This document shows positions 1 to 13,300 of a stretch of 64,000 nucleotides of DNA, piece by piece. How positions within the stretch are numbered: the first letter of the stretch is position 1; each line of letters begins with the position of its first letter. A program made the translations under genes and the position numbers. This stretch comes from Eledone cirrhosa (Eukaryota). Where the stretch lies: NCBI GenBank assembly GCA_964016885.1, contig OZ024745.1:101990001-102054000 (forward strand), given 5' to 3'. The notes under the pieces were generated by a model, which had not been told where the DNA came from, made no database searches, and was given only the letters and a program-made list of their open reading frames with translations.

Positions 1-2873
1 TGACTGTATAGAGGCTGTCTTGCATGTATTGGGGACTATGTTTATTCAACACTGACCAAGTCTACATGATATAGCCTATGTGGTCAGTATTGACATGGTC
101 TGTCTTCTGTGCTGACCTGATGCATTTATCTGGAAATATATTCTACAGAGCAGTGTTGTATACACACATGTTGCTATTAACAGTTAGATCACTGCATCAT
201 TAAAATGAGATTTTCATTGTTCTGCATTGCATGCCTTCTCGTTATACCACACAGGAAGGGTCTACTCTGAAGTAAGACCCAATCCCCTACAGATTGATAT
301 ATCAGATTACCAAAAGTGAAGTCATTAATTTTGTTTACAACTTTGTCATGAAAGAAATATTGATTAGTGTGTGTCTGTGTGTGTTGGCACATCATTTATT
401 CCTTTAAGATTTATTCAACAATACTCATATATGAACTAATTATAACAAGGATGTATACTTCACTAATCACCAATCTCTGTCTGTATCAGTTTAACTCTCT
501 CTCTCCTTCCATGTATATTTATTTATTTAATGAATTCATGTAACATTCTACCTTCTCTATCTCTAGTGCCGTTTCCTCCCACTTTCTCCACTCATTTTAT
601 TTTTATTTTTTTTCTAATCTCCCCTCTCTATTTGTTGTGTTATATTTTTGTCAGTTACTGTGAAATTCTTACAGTAAAAGCCTGACTACTTTTTCACTAT
701 ACTTATAATCCTGGCACCAAACTTATTGATAAGTGTCCACTGATCTTTCTCTGAAACACCGATATTCTTTTTGTTTTCTCCCAGTATATATCATCATACA
801 CACACACACATACAGAGAGAGGGAGAGATATTAATTTCTCTACAAATTCCCATCACAAATTCTCTTGTGGTTTCCAACTTTGCTTGCTTTGATTTCTATC
901 AGACTGATCTCTTATCAATGCCAAAGGATATTTAAGCCTTCTATAAATGCTTTGGACTACCCAGCTTATAAGCATTTAATAACAAGTCAGTTTTTATACT
1001 CAGAAACAGAATTCCCTATTGGAAACAGAATTCAATGTAAAATATCTAATGAGTTACACTATCAGCATATGCCTTTGGATGAGTATTTACTTCCTATTGT
1101 GGCCACAAACTTATACTATAAATCCATATATTGATAAATTGAATAGGCAAATTGGCAGAGTTGTTAGCATTTCAGCTTAAATGCATTGCAGTATTTCTTC
1201 AGGTGCTCTGAGTCTCTGAGTTCAAATACTGCTGAGATCAACTTTGCTTTCCATCCTTTCAAGGTCAATAAATAAAATATCAGTCAAGGGTAGTGGATTG
1301 AAGGAATTTTACTTTCAGATAAATCCTGTTTGTTTGAAATGATCATATTGTTTAAAATACTTTCTAATATATAACTACCATGTACAACAGGAGAACATAA
1401 CTAATAAAAGAAACATACATAAAAAGAAATAACAAATTGTTAAAATACTGTCCAAAACATTGCAATATTTATTTTGATACATAATTTTAAATCAGTAACA
1501 CTGATGTTCTGACATAGAAATTGAAAATACGTAATTTCACTATATGTCAGTATAAAGGAATGAAATCTTAGAAGTATGATATTTTTAGATTATCTGGAAA
1601 GCTTTATTCTCATTCTAGTCCATATTCTCATTTTGGTAGTGTTATGATTTGTAAGCTTAGTCATGTTGCCAAAAATATGAATCTGTAAAATTGAATTCTA
1701 TGGCATCTTCTGCTTTTATCTACATATTCTATCAACAATGATTCTAACACAATCCAACAGTATTTGTGTTCCTTAAATATGCAGGCTATTGAGCACTCAT
1801 AGTTTTATACAAATAAAATTATAACTTCAAATTCAATTTTAAATAATATAATCATTCTACTTGTGATCTTCTCCTATTTGTACTTTTATAAATTCTGCTG
1901 AGATATTTCTTTGTGGAAACTATGAAAACATACAAAGAATCACATTTAAATATTATTCATTTAACTTTATTTTTTGATATACCTATATTGTTTACAACTT
2001 TCAATCAAGCATATGCAACCATAAATAGTGGGTTACTATGTCAACTCTCTATGGAAACAAAACAAAAAAGTAACTTCAAGTTTGAACTGAAAATGAGATT
2101 ATGTATATTCTATGATAGATTAAATCCACTCTTACAATATGTCCACTTCTTAGTATAGATCTAATAATAAATTTTAAATTTCATGTGCCAATGAGGAAGC
2201 ATATGGGCACTCACTTTATTAGAAATAGGCAAATCTTTCAAATCATATGCTGCCATCTCAAGCCAACAAAGAGAGCTTTGCACTGTCATTCAATTTGCCA
2301 GTAAAATCAGCACAATTTCCTTCAAATCACTCCCTAAGGACACATTGAACAGTGTCGTCTTAGATATACAAAAAGATGGGTTGTCATCGTCAGACCACCT
2401 CTAATCAAGGTCTGTTTGAACAAACCTGACACAGGTGAAACAACAATGATGATTAATTACTACTGAAAAACAGTTTATCAAAAAAGAGGTGTTTCAGTTA
2501 TACAGGATGGAGGAGGGGGTTAAGTGAAAATACCTATGATGATGATGCTGGTATCAAATTTCTAAACTGACAATTAGCTGACAAATATATCATCTATAGA
2601 GATAACTAAGATAAGCAGACATTATGATGTAATAGGTTGTGTTGAAAACTTGAAGCTAGGATGGATTCAAAGTGAAACAAGATCTTTCTAGATTTTAAGA
2701 AAGATCAATGATGATGTTTCTACTTTGATCTCTAGAAATTAGAAGACTCCAAATTTTCTGTCCTAAGACAGTCTTTTTGAAATCCAGTAAATTATCTAAT
2801 TAACCTTGTTGACAACTCTGTCAAAGACATCGATTAGTATGTTTCAGTGTTTCTGACTTCTGAACATTGCTAA

Positions 2874-3030
2874 CCCTTTAGCATTTAAACCAGCCATATC
2901 CAGCCAGAATTCTCTGACCTCTTTTTATTCAAACCGGCTATATTCGATATTATGTGAAATAATTATGTGAGGTAAAGCCTTTACCATGAAAATATAATAG
3001 TATATATAGAGTAATGTAAATGCTAAAGGG
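2874..3030. mobile_element. piggyBac-like non-autonomous MITE (family 1)
   Basis: TIRs CCCTTTAGCATT / AATGCTAAAGGG flanked by CTAA and TTAA; related copy at 57859-58078. Confidence 0.7.
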
Positions 3031-3074
3031 TTAAATAATTTTTGCTCCCTTCATGTTTGTGTGATTTGAATATA

Positions 3075-3465
3075 CAGGGTGTCCCAAAAATGTATACACA
3101 CTTCAACAGCAAAAAAAAAAAAAAATGTTAAAATGAATTCTGTTTTATATGCATTATTTGAATGCCGAGGTTAACTTTGCCTTTCATCCTTACGGGGTCG
3201 ATAAAATAAAGTACCAGTAATGTACTGGGTAATTGCTGGCCTTGTGCCTAAAATAGAAACAATTATTTGAATTATAAGGGTGGTGCATTGGCAGAATTGG
3301 TAGAGCATTGGACACTATGCTTAGCGGCATATAGTTACAGTCCTTTTTGTTCTGAGTTCAAATCCTGACGAGGTTAACTTTTATTTTTGGGAAAGGCTGT
3401 GCATTCTAATAAATATTGCCTGTACAGGTAATCATAGTGTGTATATATGTTTTTAGGACAACCTG
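3075..3465. mobile_element. Tc1/mariner-like MITE interrupted by SINE fragments
   Basis: Ends TA-CAGGGTGTCCCAAAA and TTTTAGGACAACCTG-TA; SINE-B pieces inside (~3163-3385); internally deleted relative at ~18968-19056. Confidence 0.55.
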
Positions 3466-3473
3466 TATATTAA

Positions 3474-3716
3474 CCCTTTTGATGGCAAACTGCCTGAAAC
3501 TGCCTCTGGTCTTACAATATAAAGTTGTTTGTCTTTAAAAAAATGTCTTCTTTTATCTAAAAGTCTGCCATCATTATTGAAGAATGTTTAAGTCATGCTC
3601 CAAATGTCAGCTGAATAATAATTTGAAAGGTAGTTATTTTACTAGGTCACTTCAAATTATTGATTATTTGAAAATCATAGTCAGTATATTTTATTAGAAA
3701 TATGGTAACAAAAGTG
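3474..3716. mobile_element. piggyBac-like MITE (family 2)
   Basis: TTAA-CCCTTTT...AAAAGTG-TTAA ends; similar element at ~43634-43850 (shares CTGCCTCTGGTCTTA-AATA). Confidence 0.5.
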
Positions 3717-4047
3717 TTAAATTGATGATGCAGTGAGATTGTTGTATTTGTGACATGAAAGGCTGCAATTGTTATTGCAAGTGATACAATCTAATTAATT
3801 ATAGAACCTCTACAAGATCTCTTAACCTGTTAGATATAGAAGCCAAATCTTCAAATTATATCTACTGTCTTCAATAATAGAGGAAGGACATATTGGGTAA
3901 CATAGTTTCTGATATAATATACAAAAAGACAACTGGAACACCTTTGATCACGTATCTGCTTGCCTGGGGCTCAACAACAACAATAACAACAGCAGGTACA
4001 TTATATGATGATGGTTCTGAACTAGTGTAAAAAAAAAGACTTTCATA

Positions 4048-4410
4048 GCTCAGGTGTGGCTGTGCAGTTGAGGAGTTCATTTTGCAACCATGTGCCCTCG
4101 GGTTCAGTCCAAATGAGCAGAAACTTAGGCAAGTGTCTTCTACTATAGCATCAGGTTAAACAATACCTTGTGAATGAAAATTGGTAGATGGAAACTGCAG
4201 AAGCCTATCATATGTGTGTGTGTGTTCCCACTATCTTTGTTTCTGTTTGTAACTGTCTGTGTTTATGTCCTGTAATTTACTATTTCAACAAAAACAGAGA
4301 ATTGGAATAAGTTCCAAAATTCAAAATGTCAGTACAGGGGTCAATATAAACTGACTTTAAGGAGCTGCCTCAGCATGGCCACAGTCTAATGACTGAAACC
4401 ATTTAAAAGA
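4048..4410 (+). mobile_element. tRNA-derived SINE (family C)
   Basis: Degenerate A/B boxes (TGGCTGTGCAGTTG, GGTTCAGTCC), GGCAAGTGTCTTCTACTATAGC core, 3' CAGCATGGCCACAG; related copy at ~57000-57295. Confidence 0.6.
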
Positions 4411-4589
4411 ACAACAGTAAGACAGGTGAAGAAATGGTTGCAGTTTAGAATCATTTTGCAGTGTATTCTCATTGAATAATTAATTACATAGATATGAATG
4501 AATTATATTGAGATTTAATAATAATTGTTTCTACTTTAGGCACAAGGCCAGCAATTACCCAGTGCATTACTGGTACTTTATTGAGATTT

Positions 4590-7180
4590 AATAATAATAA
4601 TAATAATGAAATATTGTGTACAGTGCTCAGGTGCACTACAACTCATCAACAAGTGTATGTATAGTACATAGGGTAATGTACAAACGTCAGGAAAATGAAC
4701 AGTGCATGAGTCATGATATACACGTGTGCATGTGTATGGAAGGCGTACATCAGGTGTAGTTTTGGCGAATTTTGGGAAGCATGAGGGTTTTAAAGGATGC
4801 AGTGTCTCAGCAGCTAACAACTGACACAGGCAGTTTGTTCCATGCTTCAGCAACTCTGAGCGTGAAAAAATGTTTGCGAAAGTCATGGGAGCCGTGCTGT
4901 TTTCCGATTTTGTAGGCATGTCCACGTGTGTTAGACACTTGGAGATCAAAAAGGTGCTCAGGGTTGTTGTTGGCGAGATGGTTAATAACTTTGTGGGTGT
5001 TTACCAAGTCCATTGCCAGACGTCGGAGCTTCAATAAATCCATGCCCAGGGAAGCAAGGCGTTCAGAGTATGGTAGGTGTCTGATGGAGGGTATGCGCTT
5101 GGTTGCACATCTCTGAACAGTTTCCAGGAGGTCAATGTTCTGAGCAAGATAGGGGTTCCAGACTGATGATGCAAATTCCAAGTGTGGTCTTACCATAGCT
5201 GTATACAGGTTTAAATAGATGGCTGGAGAGCGGCTAACAAAGGTCTTGCTGAGTGATGCCAAGACACCCTCGGCCTTCTTGACAATCTTAGAGACATGCT
5301 TTGTCCAATGCAAATCGCTGCTGACGGTAATGCCCAGGTCACGTTCACAAGAGGACTTTTTGATATCAGTGTTGTGGAGGGAGTATGTGGACACTGGATT
5401 TTTCCTCCCAAAATGCATGGTGGTACACTTGTCCAGAGCCAACTTCAGTTGCCAGTCTGTGATCCATTGCTGCATTGTGTCCAGGTCTGATTGTAGGAAA
5501 GAGTTGTAGATTTCAGGATCAGTCCTTTTGATTTCAAGGTACAGCTTGATGTCATCTGCATATTTCAGTACCGTGGCATTCTTTAAGTTGTCATTAATAT
5601 ATGCCACAAACAAAAAGGAAGCTGGCGCAAAAGGAAGTACCCGCCACGTTTGAGAAGCAGGTATGTAACACCATCAAGACCAGGGGAGGCATAGTTGCGC
5701 TTATTCTTAAGGTGACGTCGCAACATTGCAGGTGTAAATTCCATTGGTTGCTATGCACTGTTCAAATTCAAGCACTGCATTCTTTGTCACTTGCTTGAGA
5801 TGGTTGGAAGATTTATTCCGCTTTTTTCTGTTGGCATCTGATTTATGCAGTTTATATTCCCGTTCAGCGTTCCGACGTTCTTTCCTGTAATTTTTATGTA
5901 ATTTGATGTTAGAGATGGTTGAGATTGTACATTCTGGTTTTCAACAGTAAAAATACTTGCATAGCACTCAGCAATGAGTTCTGCGCATTCTTTGGGATCG
6001 TCAGTGATCTGGCTTGTGTGGGGATTGTGAAGAGGACCAACTGGAGAGTGAGGTCTCTGCTTTGAATGAACATATTTCCAGAACACCTTACTGTCAGGAT
6101 TGGTTGCTATGCACTGTTCAAATTCAAGCACTGCATTCTTTGTCACTTGCTTGAGATGGTTGGAAGATTTATTCCGCTTTTTTCTGTTGGCATCTGATTT
6201 ATGCAGTTTATATTCCCGTTCAGCGTTCCGACGTTCTTTCCTGGCAAGTCGGACCGCTGAAGTTTCCCAAATTGCACTTTTGGGGTGGGTTTTTTTCTGC
6301 TTACGTGGCTCCGATGCTGTACACGCTATCCAAATTGAGTCGAGGATGCTCTGGAGTATAGTGTTCACATCTCCAGAGTTATAGAACTCATGCCAGTTTG
6401 GGCGCTGTAGCTCAGTGCAGTACAAGTTCCAATCTGCTTTCTTCCAATCAAAGCAAGCAGATTGGAGATGGTTCTGGTTTTTGTTGCTGCCCGCAAGAGC
6501 CAGATTGGCAATGATCATAGCATGATCAGAGTCGCCTAGATGTTCCTCAGTAGTACAACTGATAACCACTTCAGGAGTAGTGGTGAAGATCAGGTCCAAA
6601 GTGTTGTCACGTCTTGTTGGAGAGGTGACTACTTGTGACCAGTTTGAGTCCAGCACTAGCTCAAGGAAATCGTTTGCACTTTGTGGCCAATGAAAGGTTT
6701 CCCAATCGATTTCAGGATGATTGAAGTCACCTGCAATAAACACATAAGTGACTGTTTTCCTGGCAGCAGCTCTGAGGATATCGCAATGCTGTGTGTCCTG
6801 ATGGTAGTTTGGGGGGGCGATAAACAACACCAAGCAGAAGTGTTGACATGGTCATACGTATGTCACAAAAAAAAACTTCTTCTTGTGATTTGTTCAAATC
6901 AACGCAAGGAATTACCGAAAAGTTTGAACGAACGTAGACCATCACACCACCACCACGGCGATTAATGTGGTTCTTGCAGAAAAGGTTGTACCCAGTAATG
7001 CTGAAAACCCCATCACAGAGTAAGGAATGTGCCCATGTTTCCGTGACTGTGATGAAGTCAGGTCGATGCTTCTGACGTAGGAGTTAAACGGATGTATCTT
7101 GTTGCATAAACTGCGAGCATTTAAGGACAACAATTTGTACCCTGCTTGCAGTTTATGATGGTCTGTAGAGGGTGACATTT
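4590..7180 (-). mobile_element. Decayed CR1-like LINE (APE endonuclease plus partial RT)
   Basis: Minus-strand ORF pieces contain APE motifs (LLSLNARSL, GDFNHP, TLDLIF, SDH), KYADD and the CR1-type C-terminus (RDLGI, VRPHLEFASSVWNP, TRGH, FFTLRVAEAWNKLP); (ATT)n tail; frameshifts. Confidence 0.9.
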
Positions 7181-7344
7181 ATAGTCCTTTCCTCTACTTT
7201 CCCATATATCCAGATCTGCCCATCTTTACTCCTTCCCTTTTATGTCATTACTTTTTTTTTACCTTTCTTTTTCATATTTATTTAATTATCAATGTTTTTT
7301 AAAAAAAAACAGAAAGATATAATTATAAATAACAAATGAGAAAT

Positions 7345-10300
7345 CGACTGATGACTGATGTAGACAGTACAGAGTTAGACAAATCAGATATCTTACTATA
7401 TTAAAGACTGATGTAGATAGAACAGAGTTAGACAAATCATATATCTTACTATATTAAAGACTGATGTAGCCAGTACAGAGTTAGACAAATCACATATCTT
7501 ACTATATTAAAGACTGATGTAGCCAGTACAGAGTTAGACAAATCACATATCTTACTAGATTAAAGACTGATGTAGACAGTACAGAGTTAGACAAATCATA
7601 TCTTACTAGATTAAAGACTGATGTAGACACTACAGAGTTAGACAAATCACATATCTTACTATATTAAAGACTGATGTAGACACTACAGAGTTAGACAAAT
7701 CACATATCTTACTAGATTAAAGACTGATGTAGACAGTACAGAGTTAGACAAATCATGTATCTTACTATATTAAAGACTGATGTAGACACTACAGAGTTAG
7801 ACAAATCACATATCTTACTAGATTAAAGACTGATGTAGACACTACAGAGTTAGACAAATCACATATCTTATTATATTAAAGACTGATGTAGACACTACAG
7901 AGTTAGACAAATCACATATCTTACTAGATTAAAGACTGATGTAGACACTACAGAGTTAGACAAATCACATATCTTACTAGATTAAAGACTGATGTAGACA
8001 CTACAGAGTTAGACAAATCACATATCTTACTAGATTAAAGACTGATGTAGACACTACAGAGTTAGACAAATCACATATCTTACTATATTAAAGACTGATG
8101 TAGACACTACAGAGTTAGACAAATCACATATCTTACTATATTAAAGACTGATGTAGCCAGTACAGAGGTAGACAAATCATATATCTTACTAGATTAAAGA
8201 CTGATGTAGACAGTACAGAGTTAGACAAATCATATATCTTACTAGATTAAAGACTGATGTAGACAGTACAGAGTTAGACAAATCATATATCTTACTAGAT
8301 TAAAGACTGATGTAGCCAGTATAGAGTTAGACAAATCACATATCTTACTATATTAAAGACTGATGTAGACAGAACAGAGTTAGACAAATCACATATCTTA
8401 CTAGAATAAAGACTGATGTAGACAGTATAGAGTTAGACAAATCATATCTTACTAGATTAAAGACTGATGTAGCCAGTACAGAGTTAGACAAATCACATAT
8501 CTTACTAGATTAAAGACTGATGTAGCCAGTACAGAGTTAGACAAATCACATATCTTACTAGATTAAAGACTGATGTAGACAGTACAGAGTTAGACGCATC
8601 ATATCTTACTATATTAAAGACTTATGTAGCCAGTACAGAGTTAGACAAATCATATCTTACTAGATTAAAGACTGATGTAGCCAGTACAGAGTTAGACAAA
8701 TCACATATCTTACTACATTAAAGACTGATGTAGCCAGTACAGAGTTAGACAAATCACATATCTTACTAGATTAAAGACTGATGTAGACAGTACAGAGTTA
8801 GACGCATCATATCTTACTATATTAAAGACTTATGTAGCCAGTACAGAGTTAGACAAATCATATCTTACTAGATTAAAGACTGATGTAGCCAGTACAGAGT
8901 TAGACAAATCACATATCTTACTACATTAAAGACTGATGTAGCCAGTACAGAGTTAGACAAATCATATCTTACTAGATTAAAGACTGATGTAGCCAGTACA
9001 GAGTTAGACAAATCACATATCTTACTAGATTAAAGACTGATGTAGCCAGTACAGAGTTAGACAAATCATATCTTACTAGATTAAAGACTTATATAGCTAG
9101 AACAGAGTTAGACAAATCATATATTACTAGATTAAAGACTGATGTAGCTAGAACAGAGTTAGACAAATCACATATCTTACTAGATTAAAGACTTATGTAG
9201 CTAGAACAGAGTTAGACAAATCATGTATATTACTAGATTAAAGACTGATGTAGCCAGTACAGAGTTAGACAAATCATATCTTACTAGATTAAAGACTTAT
9301 ATAGCTAGAACAGAGTTAGACAAATCATATCTTACTAGATTAAAGACTTATGTAGCTAGAACAGAGTTAGACAAATCATATCTTACTAGATTAAAGACTT
9401 ATGTAGCTGGAACAGAGTTAGACAAATCACATATCTTACTAGATTAAAGACTTATGTAACTAGAACAGAGTTAGACAAATCACATATCTTACTAGATTAA
9501 AGACTTATGTAACTAGAACAGAGTTAGACAAATCAGATATCTTACTATATTAAAGACTTTTATAGCTAGAACAGAGTTAGACAAATCAGATATCTTACTA
9601 TATTAAAGACTGATGTAGCTAGAACAGAGTTAGACAAATCAGATATCTTACTATATTAAAGACTGATGTAGACAGAACAGAGTTAGACAAATCAGATAGC
9701 TTACTATATTAAAGACTGATGTAGCTAGAACAGAGTTAGAAAAATCAGATATCTTACTATATTAAAGACTGATGTAGCTAGAACAGAGTTAGACAAATCA
9801 GATATCTTACTATATTAACGACTGATGTAGCTAGAACAGAGTTAGACAAATCAGATATCTTACTATATTAAGGACTGATGTAGCTAGAACAGAGTTAGAC
9901 AAATCAGATATCTTACTATATTAAAGACTGATGTAGCTAGAACAGAGTTAGACAAATCAGATATCTTACTATATTAAAGACTGATGTAACTAGAACAGAG
10001 TTAGACAAATCAGATATCTTACTATATTAAAGACTGATGTAGCTAGAACAGAGTTAGACAAATCAGATATCTTACTATATTAAAGACTGATGTAGCTAGA
10101 ACAGAGTTAGACAAATCACATATCTTACTATATTAAAGACTGATGTAGACACTACAGAGTTAGACAAATCACATATCTTACTATATTAAAGACTGATGTA
10201 GCCAGTACAGAGTTAGACAAATCATATATCTTACTAGATTAAAGACTGATGTAGACAGTACAGAGTTAGACAAATCATATATCTTACTAGATTAAAGACT

Positions 10301-13300
10301 GATGTAGACAGTACAGAGTTAGACAAATCATATATCTTACTAGATTAAAGACTGATGTAGCCAGTATAGAGTTAGACAAATCACATATCTTACTATATTA
10401 AAGACTGATGTAGACAGAACAGAGTTAGACAAATCACATATCTTACTAGAATAAAGACTGATGTAGACAGTATAGAGTTAGACAAATCATATCTTACTAG
10501 ATTAAAGACTGATGTAGCCAGTACAGAGTTAGACAAATCACATATCTTACTAGATTAAAGACTGATGTAGCCAGTACAGAGTTAGACAAATCACATATCT
10601 TACTAGATTAAAGACTGATGTAGACAGTACAGAGTTAGACGCATCATATCTTACTATATTAAAGACTTATGTAGCCAGTACAGAGTTAGACAAATCATAT
10701 CTTACTAGATTAAAGACTGATGTAGCCAGTACAGAGTTAGACAAATCACATATCTTACTACATTAAAAACTGATGTAGCCAGTACAGAGTTAGACAAATC
10801 ACATATCTTACTAGATTAAAGACTGATGTAGACAGTACAGAGTTAGACGCATCATATCTTACTATATTAAAGACTTATGTAGCCAGTACAGAGTTAGACA
10901 AATCATATCTTACTAGATTAAAGACTGATGTAGCCAGTACAGAGTTAGACAAATCACATATCTTACTACATTAAAGACTGATGTAGCCAGTACAGAGTTA
11001 GACAAATCATATCTTACTAGATTAAAGACTGATGTAGCCAGTACAGAGTTAGACAAATCACATATCTTACTAGATTAAAGACTGATGTAGCCAGTACAGA
11101 GTTAGACAAATCATATCTTACTAGATTAAAGACTTATATAGCTAGAACAGAGTTAGACAAATCATATATTACTAGATTAAAGACTGATGTAGCTAGAACA
11201 GAGTTAGACAAATCACATATCTTACTAGATTAAAGACTTATGTAGCTAGAACAGAGTTAGACAAATCATGTATATTACTAGATTAAAGACTGATGTAGCC
11301 AGTACAGAGTTAGACAAATCATATCTTACTAGATTAAAGACTTATATAGCTAGAACAGAGTTAGACAAATCATATCTTACTAGATTAAAGACTTATGTAG
11401 CTAGAACAGAGTTAGACAAATCATATCTTACTAGATTAAAGACTTATGTAGCTGGAACAGAGTTAGACAAATCACATATCTTACTAGATTAAAGACTTAT
11501 GTAACTAGAACAGAGTTAGACAAATCACATATCTTACTAGATTAAAGACTTATGTAACTAGAACAGAGTTAGACAAATCAGATATCTTACTATATTAAAG
11601 ACTTTTATAGCTAGAACAGAGTTAGACAAATCAGATATCTTACTATATTAAAGACTGATGTAGCTAGAACAGAGTTAGACAAATCAGATATCTTACTATA
11701 TTAAAGACTGATGTAGACAGAACAGAGTTAGACAAATCAGATAGCTTACTATATTAAAGACTGATGTAGCTAGAACAGAGTTAGAAAAATCAGATATCTT
11801 ACTATATTAAAGACTGATGTAGCTAGAACAGAGTTAGACAAATCAGATATCTTACTATATTAACGACTGATGTAGCTAGAACAGAGTTAGACAAATCAGA
11901 TATCTTACTATATTAAGGACTGATGTAGCTAGAACAGAGTTAGACAAATCAGATATCTTACTATATTAAAGACTGATGTAGCTAGAACAGAGTTAGACAA
12001 ATCAGATATCTTACTATATTAAAGACTGATGTAACTAGAACAGAGTTAGACAAATCAGATATCTTACTATATTAAAGACTGATGTAGCTAGAACAGAGTT
12101 AGACAAATCAGATATCTTACTATATTAAAGACTGATGTAGCTAGAACAGAGTTAGACAAATCAGATATCTTACTATATTAAAGACTGATGTAGACAGAAC
12201 TGAGCTAGACAAATCAGATATCTTATTATATTAAAGACTGATGTAGCTAGAACAGAGATAGACAAATCAGATATCTTACTATATTAAAGACTGATGTAGA
12301 CAGAACAGAGCTAGACAAATCAGATATCTTACTATATTAAAGACTTTTATAGCTAGAACAGAGTTAGACAAATCAGATATCTTACTATATTAAAGACCGA
12401 TGTAGCTAGAATAGAGTTAAACAAATCATTTCTTACTAGATTTTATGACTGATGTAGCCAGTACAGAGTTAGACAAATCATATCTTACTAGATTAAAGAC
12501 TCATGTAGCCAGTACAGAGTTAGACAAATCATATCTTACTAGATTAAAGACTTATGTAGCTAGAACAGAGTTAGACAAATCACATATCTTACTAGATTAA
12601 AGACATGTAACTAGAACAGAGTTAGACAAATCACATATCTTACTAGATTAAAGACTGATGTAGACAGTACAGAGTTAGACGCATCATATCTTACTATATT
12701 AAAGACTTATGTAGCCAGTACAGAGTTAGACAAATCATATCTTACTAGATTAAAGACTGATGTAGCCAGTACAGAGTTAGACAAATCACATATCTTACTA
12801 CATTAAAGACTGATGTAGCCAGTACAGAGTTAGACAAATCACATATCTTACTAGATTAAAGACTGATGTAGACAGTACAGAGTTAGACGCATCATATCTT
12901 ACTATATTAAAGACTTATGTAGCCAGTACAGAGTTAGACAAATCATATCTTACTAGATTAAAGACTGATGTAGCCAGTACAGAGTTAGACAAATCACATA
13001 TCTTACTACATTAAAGACTGATGTAGCCAGTACAGAGTTAGACAAATCATATCTTACTAGATTAAAGACTGATGTAGCCAGTACAGAGTTAGACAAATCA
13101 CATATCTTACTAGATTAAAGACTGATGTAGCCAGTACAGAGTTAGACAAATCATATCTTACTAGATTAAAGACTTATATAGCTAGAACAGAGTTAGACAA
13201 ATCATATATTACTAGATTAAAGACTGATGTAGCTAGAACAGAGTTAGACAAATCACATATCTTACTAGATTAAAGACTTATGTAGCTAGAACAGAGTTAG

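Noticed and set aside
1589-1650. Possible upstream exon (TTTTTAG ... GTAAGC)
   Set aside because: The open frame LSGKLYSHSSPYSHFGSVMI has no recognisable homology and its phase does not fit exon 31080
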